IMG/VR virus record: IMGVR_UViG_3300022539_000610
Coordinates: 1 to 64,000 of that record
Reading direction: 5' to 3' (one strand)
DNA: 64,000 bases
From: a virus
The translations under genes and the position numbers were made by a program. Shown here piece after piece: positions 9,506 through 19,157 of this stretch. The notes under the pieces were generated by a model. It ran no database searches. It was not told the DNA's origin and saw only the letters and a program-made list of their open reading frames with translations. Position 1 is the stretch's first letter. Every line of letters begins with the position of its first letter.

Positions 9506-9707
9506 TTTTCTCCTCCTTGTTGTTTTTATAATGCTTAAACAATTTGCATGTTTTTTCATTCAAATCTTTATCACGTTGCCAGTCTACTCGTTTGCGTTCC
9601 TTAAACTTATACTTCTTCTTTCGACAGTCTGGCTTTAATCCATTTCTTGTGATTATTATTCCTATAAATTCACAAATAGCACATTTATTATCCGTCTGCT
9701 TATTCAT
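9498..9707 (-). CDS. small Cys-containing hypothetical protein
   Basis: RBS GGGAGGAG; CxxC. Confidence 0.55.
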   Translation of the reverse strand: MNKQTDNKCAICEFIGIIITRNGLKPDCRKKKYKFKERKRVDWQRDKDLNEKTCKLFKHYKNNKEEKNE

Positions 9708-9720
9708 TTCTCTCCTCCCT

Positions 9721-9786
9721 ATACAAAGTATACCTTAACAAGAGATCTCTTAAGTAAGACGGTGTTTTACTAATCTGACGGGGTTT
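9721..9786 (+). repeat. dispersed ~65-bp repeat, copy A
   Basis: gagatctcttaagtaagacggtgttttactaatctgac core shared with 38455-38524 and, inverted, 25601-25670. Confidence 0.85.
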
Positions 9787-9873
9787 CAATGAGTTAATCT
9801 CTGCCTCAATTTCTCTTGGCCGCAGTCACGATACAATTTTTTGGATATACCACCCTTTCATTGAACATTGTTG

Positions 9874-10125
9874 TCACCACCCACCACTATCTAAATAACA
9901 ACCATGAGTATTTACAGGTTCGCCTTGATTACCATCCGCTCTATATTGAACATCACACACAGCTCCAAGTTCAAAAATTTGTTTTAGTTCATCAGCATCA
10001 TAAGCTAATAGATTGCCATCCATACCCACAAAACCAAGCCTTGCCTTTTTACAAATAGAAAATACACTTGATAGCTTTGTCAACGCTTTTGTTTGTTCCT
10101 TATTCATAATATCTCCCTTCATCAA
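9874..10125 (-). CDS. hypothetical protein
   Basis: ATGA-coupled to the initiator gene. Confidence 0.6.
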   Translation of the reverse strand: MMKGDIMNKEQTKALTKLSSVFSICKKARLGFVGMDGNLLAYDADELKQIFELGAVCDVQYRADGNQGEPVNTHGCYLDSGGW

Positions 10126-11513
10126 TACTCAGGCTCCCGCACCATGGCCTGGTCATTTAAGTATGCAGGCAAGGTTTTGGTATATAATGTATCATTACTA
10201 AACCACCCAGGAGTCACACGAGTAAAATTTCCATTAACCTGATTTTCTATAGCATCAAACACATAATCCACAAACCGCAATGGATTCCTCTCATCAGGGC
10301 CGAAGAGAAGGTTACCACGGTGGATTTTCAAAAAGGCAACCATCTTTAACGACGCCCGTCTAAAGCAGACTTCATCATGTGAGGTAAACTGTCCTTTTAG
10401 ACCCCCAAGCACCTTCTTGCTAAAAATGCGTTTGAACTTTAACGTCATTTTGGGATAAGTATCAGGGATGGTATGAGCTTCAGAGATATACTTCCCAACT
10501 GGGTCTTTATCAGGCAGGCATTCATCAAACCAACTTTTAATCTTCGATACTTCTGTTTGCTTCTTCATCCTATCTCGGGTAAAGGAGGAGAAGCCAAAAA
10601 GTTCATCTAACCCTACTACATGTCCTGGGATGCCAAAGTGGATGGAGGTAGTAGGAGAAGACAATAATTCATAATACTGTCTAATAGAGCATTTAATATC
10701 CTCCAAAGAATGAGAAGTAAGGTGCTTTTGGATTTGCTTTATTGCCCGCATCATAATTTTCGAGTTGGGGTCGTTGTGCTGGGTGAATGGCTTACCAAAG
10801 CTATTCCATAAGCGAACTATATCTTTTACCTCATCACTGGCAGAGTCTAGTAAGGAAGGTATTGCTCTATTAGCCTTCAAAGTTTTTTGCTTGTAAGAGG
10901 GTTCTTCTATTGCCTTTTGTTTTCTTCTATGGAGACGGCCAGAACTGGAAGTTGGTGGGGAAGAAGGCTTTGCCTTTTTAAACTCATTTCTTAATGAGTT
11001 TAAAACATTTTTATTATTGCTATTACTATTCTTATGCCTTAGTCTTTTTATGACCCGATTTTCCCCAATTGGGTTTTCCCCATCTAGGCTTTTACCATTG
11101 AGGCTTTCCATGGTTTTTGAATTACTAGTAAACAACTCTAATCCACGCTTATCAAGTTCAGCTAAGGTATCATCGATTTGAAAAAGTCCTTGAACATCTG
11201 TATATGCCCAGAATGAACCAACTAATTTTTTACCTTCCTTGTTCCTGTAACGCATTCTTCGTAAATAGTCAACTTGTTCTAATTCTTTAAGTCCGGCGCG
11301 AATAGAATCTTCACATTCTTTCATCATTTTCTTTATAGCCGATACATGACTAATCCACCCATCATGATTAGAAAGAAGTAAACATAATAAAGCCTTTGCT
11401 TTACCTGTAATATCTGGATTACGAAGTAGCTGATTAGGAACTTGTGTAAATTCCTTTGATATAGAAGCATTGATTGCATCTGGTAGCCGTTTTAACAAAT
11501 TATTCTTAAACAT
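10122..11513 (-). CDS. phage replication initiator-like protein (N-terminal winged HTH)
   Basis: FTQVPNQLLRNPDITGKAKALLCLLLS..W...IRAGLKELEQVDYL, typical of phage replisome-organiser HTH domains; lies among replication genes. Confidence 0.7.
   Translation of the reverse strand: MFKNNLLKRLPDAINASISKEFTQVPNQLLRNPDITGKAKALLCLLLSNHDGWISHVSAIKKMMKECEDSIRAGLKELEQVDYLRRMRYRNKEGKKLVGSFWAYTDVQGLFQIDDTLAELDKRGLELFTSNSKTMESLNGKSLDGENPIGENRVIKRLRHKNSNSNNKNVLNSLRNEFKKAKPSSPPTSSSGRLHRRKQKAIEEPSYKQKTLKANRAIPSLLDSASDEVKDIVRLWNSFGKPFTQHNDPNSKIMMRAIKQIQKHLTSHSLEDIKCSIRQYYELLSSPTTSIHFGIPGHVVGLDELFGFSSFTRDRMKKQTEVSKIKSWFDECLPDKDPVGKYISEAHTIPDTYPKMTLKFKRIFSKKVLGGLKGQFTSHDEVCFRRASLKMVAFLKIHRGNLLFGPDERNPLRFVDYVFDAIENQVNGNFTRVTPGWFSNDTLYTKTLPAYLNDQAMVREPEY
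11056..11115. repeat. four degenerate 15-bp direct repeats (candidate iterons)
   Basis: cgattttccccaatt / gggttttccccatct / aggcttttaccattg / aggctttccatggtt, next to an AT-rich tract. Confidence 0.55.
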
Positions 11514-11544
11514 TTATTTTTCCTCCTCTACCATATCTCCTTTC

Positions 11545-11967
11545 TTATTTATAGAATTTATAAACTTCCTTAGATCTAAAACCTTCCTCAACACCATAGA
11601 TATCTTCAGGTAGAGACTCTTCATTCCATTCATGTAAAATTAGAGAATCTCCGATAGGCTCTTCTGTAGCCTTATCCATTATGGTATCATAGGCAATTAA
11701 CCCTAAGTCTTCTAATCTATAGAGATATTCACGTACTTCTTGATTATCCATGTCAGTATAGGCGGCACAGGTTTCTACAAGATCATGAACACTATTTACT
11801 CCATTTTCCCTCATATCACTCTCAATTTCACAAACTGCCAAATAGGTATGATTTATCTTTCCATAGTCCTCTTTAGTGAAAACCATTCTAAAGAATTTAA
11901 GTATTCGTTTATCAACCCATAGATGGGCGACATTCCTATCCTGTCGAATTTTGTTTTTCCCAGTCAT
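11545..11967 (-). CDS. hypothetical protein, possible winged-helix
   Basis: V.EYLYRLEDLGLIAY motif; directly upstream of the initiator. Confidence 0.65.
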   Translation of the reverse strand: MTGKNKIRQDRNVAHLWVDKRILKFFRMVFTKEDYGKINHTYLAVCEIESDMRENGVNSVHDLVETCAAYTDMDNQEVREYLYRLEDLGLIAYDTIMDKATEEPIGDSLILHEWNEESLPEDIYGVEEGFRSKEVYKFYK

Positions 11968-12036
11968 CTACTTTTCCTCCTTGACCCAGGTTAATAGTTA
12001 ATTAAACCCTTGCCTGAATTACTCTTTCTCCGCTAT

Positions 12037-12142
12037 AAAAAAAATAGCCCGAGAGTAGTTAGAGTTGGTGGTAAACTCCCCCGTACCTCACGACACAGGG
12101 ACTCTCAGGCAATAAGTTCCTTACCACTATTCTAACTACTCT
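12037..12142 (-). promoter_or_regulatory. attenuator-like leader with alternative hairpins and U-tract terminator
   Basis: GCCUGAGAGU/ACUCUCGGGC plus U8 competes with AGAGUAGUUAGA/UCUAACUACUCU. Confidence 0.6.
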
Positions 12143-12143
12143 T

Positions 12144-12172
12144 GTTATATAATATTCGAAAGATAAAGTCAA
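12144..12172 (-). promoter_or_regulatory. sigma70-like promoter
   Basis: TTGACT-N17-TATAAC. Confidence 0.45.
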
Positions 12173-12189
12173 TATATTTTTACAGGTAG

Positions 12190-12444
12190 TTATTGTACCT
12201 GATTAAGAAACATTTGCCCTACTGGAGAACCAAGCCACTGTATAACAGTTGCTGCCACCATACGATCTCTGTCAGTGACTTCCCCACGTGGTTCATTTGG
12301 ATTCTCTGCAAGTATGTAATCAAGTATTCTTCCACCATTCAAATTTCCATGTTCATCGGTGTTTAATTCTTCCCACAGCTTAGCAAAATCCTTTTCGAGG
12401 GGATTTTGTTTAAACCTGTAAGTGCTTTTACCCTTATTCTTCAT
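12190..12444 (-). CDS. hypothetical protein
   Basis: RBS; VAATVIQWLGSPVG..FL motif. Confidence 0.65.
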   Translation of the reverse strand: MKNKGKSTYRFKQNPLEKDFAKLWEELNTDEHGNLNGGRILDYILAENPNEPRGEVTDRDRMVAATVIQWLGSPVGQMFLNQVQ

Positions 12445-12664
12445 TGTCCTCTCTCCTCTTTAAAAGTATTTCCTCTTTCTTCTTTTTTGCCTTCTCGTAA
12501 ACAGCCTTCCGGCTTTCTTCCCTGGTGAATTCTACAACTTTGTTCTCACATTCTCTACAACACCAGAAACCTTCACTTCCAATTATGTAGAGATTGATAT
12601 GCCTCACAGCTATCTGGGCTTTGAGGCACATCATACAAATTCCTTCACGGTATTCACTTTCCAT
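12434..12664 (-). CDS. Zn-finger hypothetical protein
   Basis: CxxC...CxxC. Confidence 0.6.
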   Translation of the reverse strand: MESEYREGICMMCLKAQIAVRHINLYIIGSEGFWCCRECENKVVEFTREESRKAVYEKAKKKKEEILLKRREDNEE

Positions 12665-12692
12665 TTTATACCTCAGTTTAAAAGTAAATCAA

Positions 12693-12962
12693 TTATAACA
12701 TAACAACAATTGAAATTATAATCCCAATTATTATAAGACCCCAACCAAACAATAATCTATAATATAATTTTTTCTTCCTCCTGCAAAGGTAATAACTTAT
12801 GAATTCATCCGATTCAACGGAGTTTAATAATTCTCTAATACTTTTTATACCAGTACCATCGATAATCTTTATTGCTGAATTCAAGGTTATCCCATAAGTA
12901 TTGGACATTGTTTTGACACTTGATAACCATATCTTATATCTACTTTTCTTATTTTTATTCAT
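12693..12962 (-). CDS. membrane-anchored hypothetical protein
   Basis: C-terminal transmembrane segment; RBS. Confidence 0.55.
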   Translation of the reverse strand: MNKNKKSRYKIWLSSVKTMSNTYGITLNSAIKIIDGTGIKSIRELLNSVESDEFISYYLCRRKKKLYYRLLFGWGLIIIGIIISIVVML

Positions 12963-12983
12963 AATGCCTCCTTTCTTTTTGTT

Positions 12984-13196
12984 TTATATTTTTTTATACC
13001 TGACGGCAATAAAGAAAGCTCCTCCTTCAGGTACTTGATCAGAATAGAAGGAGCCGGAATAGTACCCTTTGAAGAGACGAAGTGAATTAGGTATAAACTC
13101 CCCTTCCTTTCCTATATATACATGACTAAATCGATAGCATGCATCTTTTTCGTGAATGTGAGTAATTTTAATTTTTCTAGATTTCCCTGATCTCAT
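12984..13196 (-). CDS. hypothetical protein
   Basis: ORF with RBS. Confidence 0.55.
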   Translation of the reverse strand: MRSGKSRKIKITHIHEKDACYRFSHVYIGKEGEFIPNSLRLFKGYYSGSFYSDQVPEGGAFFIAVRYKKI

Positions 13197-13226
13197 TTTT
13201 ACTTCCCTCTTCTAATGTTAAAAAAG

Positions 13227-13378
13227 AGGCAATGGGAGGTGGGAGTTGAACCCACGGATGTAGTTTGACAGCCTCAGTACGACGATCTGGCTTGCCCCTT
13301 GACCCATCTTGTAGCCTCGCACGGCCCTGCACCTCAAGATGATTATGACCCCCAAAAGGTCAACTACTCCCATTGCCT
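13227..13378 (-). ncRNA. tRNA/tmRNA-like structured RNA (acceptor-like helix plus T-arm, no canonical anticodon arm)
   Basis: 12-bp terminal helix AGGCAAUGGGAG/CUCCCAUUGCCU, T-arm GUGGG-UUCAACU-CCCAC, inner helix GUAGUUGAC/GUCAAACUAC. Confidence 0.65.
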
Positions 13379-13603
13379 TTAGTTACTCGCTTCAGCAGTT
13401 GAATGTTTCCCCTCACAACTGCTACATGAATTCTCTCCATACTTTTCAGGATCAATTATACATCGCTCGTCACAGTCCCAATCCCATTTGCTGTAGTCAA
13501 CCATTTGTCCATGCCCATCATCCCAAATCTCTTCCTTAACAGGGTCAAACTTACCTATAATTTTCTCACATACTGCTTTTGCCATTTTTAATATCCTTTT
13601 CAT
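13379..13603 (-). CDS. hypothetical protein
   Basis: RBS GGAGGT; Cys-rich C-terminus. Confidence 0.55.
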   Translation of the reverse strand: MKRILKMAKAVCEKIIGKFDPVKEEIWDDGHGQMVDYSKWDWDCDERCIIDPEKYGENSCSSCEGKHSTAEASN

Positions 13604-14021
13604 TTGAGTTTTTTACCTCCTTTCCTTCTCTTTTTAAAGGTAAAATGGTTGGGTCAGGCTTACCAAGATCCATTATGACTTTCTCATCTTTAATAACTTC
13701 CGTCATTGCAAGGATGGATAAACATCTCCCAATTACTGCCCCGAAGAAAGTGTACTTGTTCCTTGAAAGCTTCCAATACTTATTAGGATCAAGATCAAAG
13801 ACAAACTCCTTAAATTCCCATAAAGTATTTATAAGAGGATAGGCCATGGATATTAACATCCTTGCTATATCCCCAGGAAGTATATATTTAGGGTCCATCC
13901 CATTTCGTTCAGCAAATATTTGTTGCAAATCCTTTATTGTATCTGTTTCTCGGTAATGACTTTTTGCGTAAAGATAAACATGCCTATCTGCTTGGTCTAT
14001 CATTTTGAATCCCCCTTTCAA
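13566..14021 (-). CDS. hypothetical protein
   Basis: 151-aa ORF in the operon. Confidence 0.65.
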   Translation of the reverse strand: MKGGFKMIDQADRHVYLYAKSHYRETDTIKDLQQIFAERNGMDPKYILPGDIARMLISMAYPLINTLWEFKEFVFDLDPNKYWKLSRNKYTFFGAVIGRCLSILAMTEVIKDEKVIMDLGKPDPTILPLKREGKEVKNSNEKDIKNGKSSM

Positions 14022-14220
14022 ACTGTTCTTCTTTTTTATATAGTTCTAAGAAAACTCTATAAACTCCAGCACCAAGAGATTTGCTCTTGATGTCCCACAG
14101 ATTTCCTTGACTTATCATCCTACCGTGAGTAAACAAAAGTAGTTCTTTTAAATCCTTCCTATCCATAACAGTATCAGCAAGGGAAGGTCTTTTCTGGAAA
14201 TCAAGTGGTAGTTCCTTCAC
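13984..14220 (-). CDS. hypothetical protein
   Basis: RBS; KSLGAGVYRV motif. Confidence 0.55.
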   Translation of the reverse strand: MKELPLDFQKRPSLADTVMDRKDLKELLLFTHGRMISQGNLWDIKSKSLGAGVYRVFLELYKKEEQFERGIQNDRPSR

Positions 14221-14680
14221 TTCACTCTCCTTTCAACAAAGTATGGAGATTCCTACACCTCTATGGACATTCCTAAAAGTCTTGAAGGCATAATATACCT
14301 TATTCCTGGCCCTCCTTCTTCCTCTGGATCATACCATTCTCTGACTACTTCAAAAGTTTCTCTCTTCATTCTCCACCTCCCTTCTTTTAAATTCCCATCT
14401 TCTTGCATAAATAGATATCATCTAAATCCCTTAACTCGTCCATTGTTGCAACATCTATGCAGGCAAGGTACATACGCTTTACAGATTCTCGCGTCCAGCC
14501 CATTTCATATTCAATTTTATGATTCCAACATACTTTGTCACACCAACCAGTCCACCTTGAATTTAAAAGTTCAGTCCAGTAAGGTCTACCAATAGCAGTC
14601 TTATTTCATAACCATCTACGCCATCGTGTTCTGAAGCATCTTATATGATCACTATCCATAATGAAAACACCTCCAATTCT

Positions 14681-15043
14681 TTAGCAAGTGATGATTTTAT
14701 CTTCTGGTACCATCCTTTTTAATTCATCTAAGGGATCTATTATATCATGTATGGTAGCAGGCAAAGGTTTTACCTCAAGGTATTCACTATACTTTTCTAC
14801 CTGTTCCTCCGTCCATCTTTTATAGTTATCAGGATTCACATCAGAAGCGTCTACATCATTTAACCAGGAAAATTGGGCCTTTAACCATGGTCTACATTCA
14901 TCTGCAGCTCGTGGAAGTTGATGGTCATATAGATTGTCTCCTGTCATGTAGTTAAGGATGTTACGTATCCCACCAATGTGACTAGGTGAAACTATCTTAC
15001 TTGTCGTAATTGATAAAATGTCACCAATGTGATATTTTTTCAT
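14681..15043 (-). CDS. hypothetical protein
   Basis: YHIGDILSITT..VSP, HQLPRAADEC; ATGA-coupled. Confidence 0.7.
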   Translation of the reverse strand: MKKYHIGDILSITTSKIVSPSHIGGIRNILNYMTGDNLYDHQLPRAADECRPWLKAQFSWLNDVDASDVNPDNYKRWTEEQVEKYSEYLEVKPLPATIHDIIDPLDELKRMVPEDKIITC

Positions 15044-15255
15044 CTTTCCTCCCTATATTTGAACCAATGAACTAAATTCCATAATCCCAGGAAATCCCAC
15101 TTCCACGTGCCTTGATCATGCTCAATATGAAAACCTGCAATCTGTCTATCCTTAATATCAAAATAAAGAAAACTAATCCACCAATGACGGTCATAGATTT
15201 TGACCTCCAATAAACAAAATTCCATTTTCTCCTCCTTCCTTCTCTTTCTAGTCAA
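15040..15255 (-). CDS. hypothetical protein
   Basis: Coupled ORF. Confidence 0.5.
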   Translation of the reverse strand: MTRKRRKEEKMEFCLLEVKIYDRHWWISFLYFDIKDRQIAGFHIEHDQGTWKWDFLGLWNLVHWFKYREER

Positions 15256-16180
15256 ACCCTAAATCTTTCCTTAACTCCCTAACTTCCTCATCTGACAAGT
15301 CATCTGGGTCACCAGATGGTAACTCCAACACCTCGACGTGGGGTATGAGGCTATTGAGGGTGCCTGCGAGTTTGTAGGCTTGTCGAAGTTCCTCCTCTCC
15401 AGTGTCAAACATAACAAAAGCTTTTTTCACTTTCTTCCTTGTTAGCAGGAGACCAACTTGATCTAGTGTATACTTAACACCAAACATCCCTACTGCCCCT
15501 TGACCCCATCGCCACACGTCGGCAGGACCCTCGACAATTAAGACCTTGTCTTCCACAGAGTCAAGATTGTAAAGACACTGCCGAGTTGGAATCACTGTGT
15601 TTTCATTAGGACAATTTCTGTATTTGTCTTCCTCAGCCTTCTTGCCTGTTACATCGAGGGCAGTATAGCTAACCATCTTTCCCTCAAGGTAGATGGGGAT
15701 AACGATCCTAAACTTAAACCCATACTCCCCAAGGTTATGGATTGCATAAAGATCATACCTTTCGATAAGAAAATCAGGATCAAACCTCCTACCCTTTAGA
15801 TAATTATAATGGATAGATGGGAAATCTTTAGAACTTCCCTTTGGTAGATGGAGAGTGGAATGTCGGGGCCTCAGTACTTCCTTCTTTAGTTCAGGGAAGG
15901 TTACGTCCTGAAACTCATCTATAATACCATTTACTTCTGCGAGCGAGCACCCGCCTTCTAGCTCCTGCATGAGAGTGGTGACAAACCCCTTCTCTCCACA
16001 CTTATAACAACTATAGAACTTAGTTTCTAAGTTGATTCCCATGTGCCAGCTTGGATCATCACACCAAGCATACGGACAAGTAATATTCACCCATCCTTGA
16101 GAGACGTTCTTTTCACCTGGATAGTGGACGTCATGGCCCCGATCTTCAAGGTAAGCAACTATGTCGAAGGTGTCAATCAT
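15248..16180 (-). CDS. DNA primase (Zn finger plus TOPRIM)
   Basis: CP..C.D...H......CYKCG; RIVIPI; LIVEGPADV; MFDTG; DPDD. Confidence 0.9.
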   Translation of the reverse strand: MIDTFDIVAYLEDRGHDVHYPGEKNVSQGWVNITCPYAWCDDPSWHMGINLETKFYSCYKCGEKGFVTTLMQELEGGCSLAEVNGIIDEFQDVTFPELKKEVLRPRHSTLHLPKGSSKDFPSIHYNYLKGRRFDPDFLIERYDLYAIHNLGEYGFKFRIVIPIYLEGKMVSYTALDVTGKKAEEDKYRNCPNENTVIPTRQCLYNLDSVEDKVLIVEGPADVWRWGQGAVGMFGVKYTLDQVGLLLTRKKVKKAFVMFDTGEEELRQAYKLAGTLNSLIPHVEVLELPSGDPDDLSDEEVRELRKDLGFD

Positions 16181-16410
16181 TCTAACTTGAATTTTAGTTC
16201 GGGAATCATAAACTTGATGTGTTTTGTATCAACAACTAATTTTATAAGTAGTTCCCGAATGTCTAATAGAACTTCAAGTTTTGCTTGTTCTCTTTTCCAT
16301 TCTTCCCCATCGGATGTTAAATGCCCAGGATAGACTTCATTGTTTATTTCCTCTCTCGATCTCATATCTCTGGCTTTATTTTTTCTTTCATGTTTGATTT
16401 CATTCTTCAT
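16177..16410 (-). CDS. hypothetical protein
   Basis: LEVLLDIRELL motif; coupled to primase. Confidence 0.55.
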   Translation of the reverse strand: MKNEIKHERKNKARDMRSREEINNEVYPGHLTSDGEEWKREQAKLEVLLDIRELLIKLVVDTKHIKFMIPELKFKLE

Positions 16411-16621
16411 CTTTACCTCCTATCTCCTTCGTCACCACAAATCTATCAGACTTCTTATTTTTACCTGTGAATACAATTACTTCATCCGTCCACGTCGTTA
16501 CATAGCAGTATTGAGTGTCATTTTGACTGATACGCCCCTGCCTAATAACATGACGGACATAAGATAAGACCTCACTCATAGGCAGATCAGTCTGGTTGTC
16601 AATTATAATACGTTCAGACAT
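16400..16621 (-). CDS. hypothetical protein
   Basis: RBS; GRIS...QYCY motif. Confidence 0.6.
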   Translation of the reverse strand: MSERIIIDNQTDLPMSEVLSYVRHVIRQGRISQNDTQYCYVTTWTDEVIVFTGKNKKSDRFVVTKEIGGKDEE

Positions 16622-16637
16622 ATCAATCCTCCCCTAT

Positions 16638-16859
16638 CTACTGAATGGGCACCCATATTTTGTTTTCAATTAAAAGCATAGCAGCCTTATACAGATTAGG
16701 ATCTTCCTCATGATCCCATAAGACAAGAGCCCATTTTCTATCTTTTATGAAAAAATTTCCAAAATATTCACCTTCCTGATTAGCCATGTCTGTACCCTCT
16801 TTCCCCTTACAACGCATGGTTTCATCATTACAGAAATCAAAATCAATTGGTAATGACAT
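16638..16859 (-). CDS. hypothetical protein
   Basis: ORF with RBS. Confidence 0.55.
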   Translation of the reverse strand: MSLPIDFDFCNDETMRCKGKEGTDMANQEGEYFGNFFIKDRKWALVLWDHEEDPNLYKAAMLLIENKIWVPIQ

Positions 16860-17017
16860 AATTACTTCCTCCTTTCCATTAATCTTTCTCTTTCCTTTCT
16901 ATATCTTCTTCAAGAGCTTCTATATTTGTTTCAATGATTTCTAAAAGCTCTTCCATTGAATCTTTTGTAGTTTGTAGATCCACAGAGGTATCACTAAAAA
17001 CTTTGTTAATAGCGACC

Positions 17018-19036
17018 TTAGCATTTAACATTAACTCTAAATGGTTCATCAGTATTCCTCCTTCTTTTTAACAACCATTCAATATTACCTATTTGAATTG
17101 TCCGTAAAGTTCTTTTAGTAAGGTAAATCTCAACATTGAAATTTATTTCTTTCCATGGATTTTCTACAACCCATTCCATTGGATCAACACGATCTAAAAT
17201 TGAATTGCCTGAATACTGGTCTTGTTTAACCCAATTTTGTAAGACATCTGGTAATTCTTGTCCTGTAAGTTCCTCTAAGGCCAAGTATGTTGTTGGCTCA
17301 AAAATAACTTGAATAGTTGCTCTTTGATTTGTAAAATAACAACAGTGCCTGTACTTATCTTTCCCCGACCCTTCTAATATTACAGTATGAAAACCAAAAT
17401 ATGGGAAAGAGTAATAACGTTTATCATTCCATTTTTCCCAAGAATATATTGACATTATATTTTGTTTTTCTTTACTTAATGTATCTCCAAATGACTTATG
17501 TGTGAGGCCAATAACTTTAAATTCTCGCTGCTGAATTGCTTTCAATAAAACTGGTAAATTAGCTGTCACCGCATCCCTATACCAGTTGGTGATTTCATCT
17601 TTTCTTTTCTCAAACTCCAAATCTGCTTCTCGTTGTATAAGTTGAGCAAAATTATATCTGGCAAACCACTTTTGATCACGAACCAACTCTTTTTGAGTAC
17701 CAAACTCTGTGGGGTCTAAAGCTTGTAGTTTATACTGATCCGTACTGCCATAATATCGAAGAAGCCGAGATTTCCCCGTCTGAGTTTCATCCTCGTGTCT
17801 AAGTATAAGAGTTTTCCTAGAAACCCACTGAATTTCTGTCGATGTGGAGCATAAATTCAATAGCCTATTTGGCACCTTATCCTTGTATCGATCTTCCAAC
17901 CATTTGTTTTTCTTTGTGGGTTTCCTCTTCCACTGATCTTTAACGTTCTCATGTAGGACATCCTCAACTTTTAATGCTGGGGCTTTTATTGATCTATATC
18001 TCTCAACTGCTAATGGTTGTGTTTCTGCAAAGTCTATAAGAGACCTATCCACCTTTACCATCTCACCTGTATAGGATAATTGTTTGGTTTTAAATTTGTT
18101 TTTCCAAAATTTCTCAGTGATTAGACTAAACATCATAAAGATCCAAATGACTTGCTGTGGTTCCAAATCTTGAATCCTTTTTAATTTTAAAGCTTCTTTT
18201 TGATAAGGGACTAAACCAGGAGTACCACTGTCAAGGACTCTTGCATTTCTTTTATGGTCAATCTCAATGTTTAGTAAATCATATGGAAAATGGTTTTTAT
18301 ACATACGTTCTGCAAGATGCCTCCCTGGTGATCTGGTCATCCTGTGCTGCAAGGGGTGGGTATATTTGTGTTTATCTGACAAAATAGATAGATTTGCACC
18401 ATTACGAACCGCAAAAGCAAAATAAGATCTAACCCCATCCTGACTTCTTATCAAGTTGAGTGAGATACCATTCTCTGAAAAGACACACATGTATTTTAGC
18501 AGAGAGTTTATATTCCAAAACTCATGTACGTCTTGTATATAAACTGGAGTTTTCTCATCAAATCCGCCTTGCAGAAATTGGAACACCTCAAATATATTAA
18601 TTGCTTTCAGAGCATCCCTCCATAGAAATACAAGAGAGTGTCTATCCGATATCAGTATATCAACATCCTTTCTCTTAACGTCATAGAATGACATGGCCTC
18701 TCTGATATGGTTCTGAAAGTCAAGTCTTACCACTTCAAGTTCTGGTTTTTTAAGAATCTCTAACAATTCATGGCATTTATTTAAGTACTCCTGGATGGAA
18801 CTGAAATCATCAATTGATTGTTGTACTGTAAATGAACGTTGGTCAAAGTAACAATATGCAAAATAATCAAGCATAAGAAGAGCAAGAGCATTTGTAGTAT
18901 CAAGTTCTAATCCTTCTTTAAGCGCTTTATTCATTTCATGGATATCCCAATCACCATACTTAAAGGAGGTGCTTTGTGGGTCGACGCCGGTGAGTTCGAT
19001 CCACAGTTCTAACGCTTTTTCTATTTCTGAATACAC
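17018..19036 (-). CDS. large hypothetical protein (~670 aa)
   Basis: Long ORF; likely GTG start after AAAGGAGGT. Confidence 0.8.
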   Translation of the reverse strand: MYSEIEKALELWIELTGVDPQSTSFKYGDWDIHEMNKALKEGLELDTTNALALLMLDYFAYCYFDQRSFTVQQSIDDFSSIQEYLNKCHELLEILKKPELEVVRLDFQNHIREAMSFYDVKRKDVDILISDRHSLVFLWRDALKAINIFEVFQFLQGGFDEKTPVYIQDVHEFWNINSLLKYMCVFSENGISLNLIRSQDGVRSYFAFAVRNGANLSILSDKHKYTHPLQHRMTRSPGRHLAERMYKNHFPYDLLNIEIDHKRNARVLDSGTPGLVPYQKEALKLKRIQDLEPQQVIWIFMMFSLITEKFWKNKFKTKQLSYTGEMVKVDRSLIDFAETQPLAVERYRSIKAPALKVEDVLHENVKDQWKRKPTKKNKWLEDRYKDKVPNRLLNLCSTSTEIQWVSRKTLILRHEDETQTGKSRLLRYYGSTDQYKLQALDPTEFGTQKELVRDQKWFARYNFAQLIQREADLEFEKRKDEITNWYRDAVTANLPVLLKAIQQREFKVIGLTHKSFGDTLSKEKQNIMSIYSWEKWNDKRYYSFPYFGFHTVILEGSGKDKYRHCCYFTNQRATIQVIFEPTTYLALEELTGQELPDVLQNWVKQDQYSGNSILDRVDPMEWVVENPWKEINFNVEIYLTKRTLRTIQIGNIEWLLKRRRNTDEPFRVNVKC

Positions 19037-19157
19037 TTTGCACCTCCTTTCTAAGATTCTCTTGGGCAGATGGTTAATAGGAATAAAATAAGAAAAAGCA
19101 AATGCAAATGCTGAAGAATCCACTCAAGGGTTAAAGCCATTTTATCCTCCTAAAATA

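Noticed and set aside
13227-13378. Canonical tRNA or full tmRNA
   Set aside because: No proper D or anticodon arms; too short for tmRNA and no tag reading frame evident.
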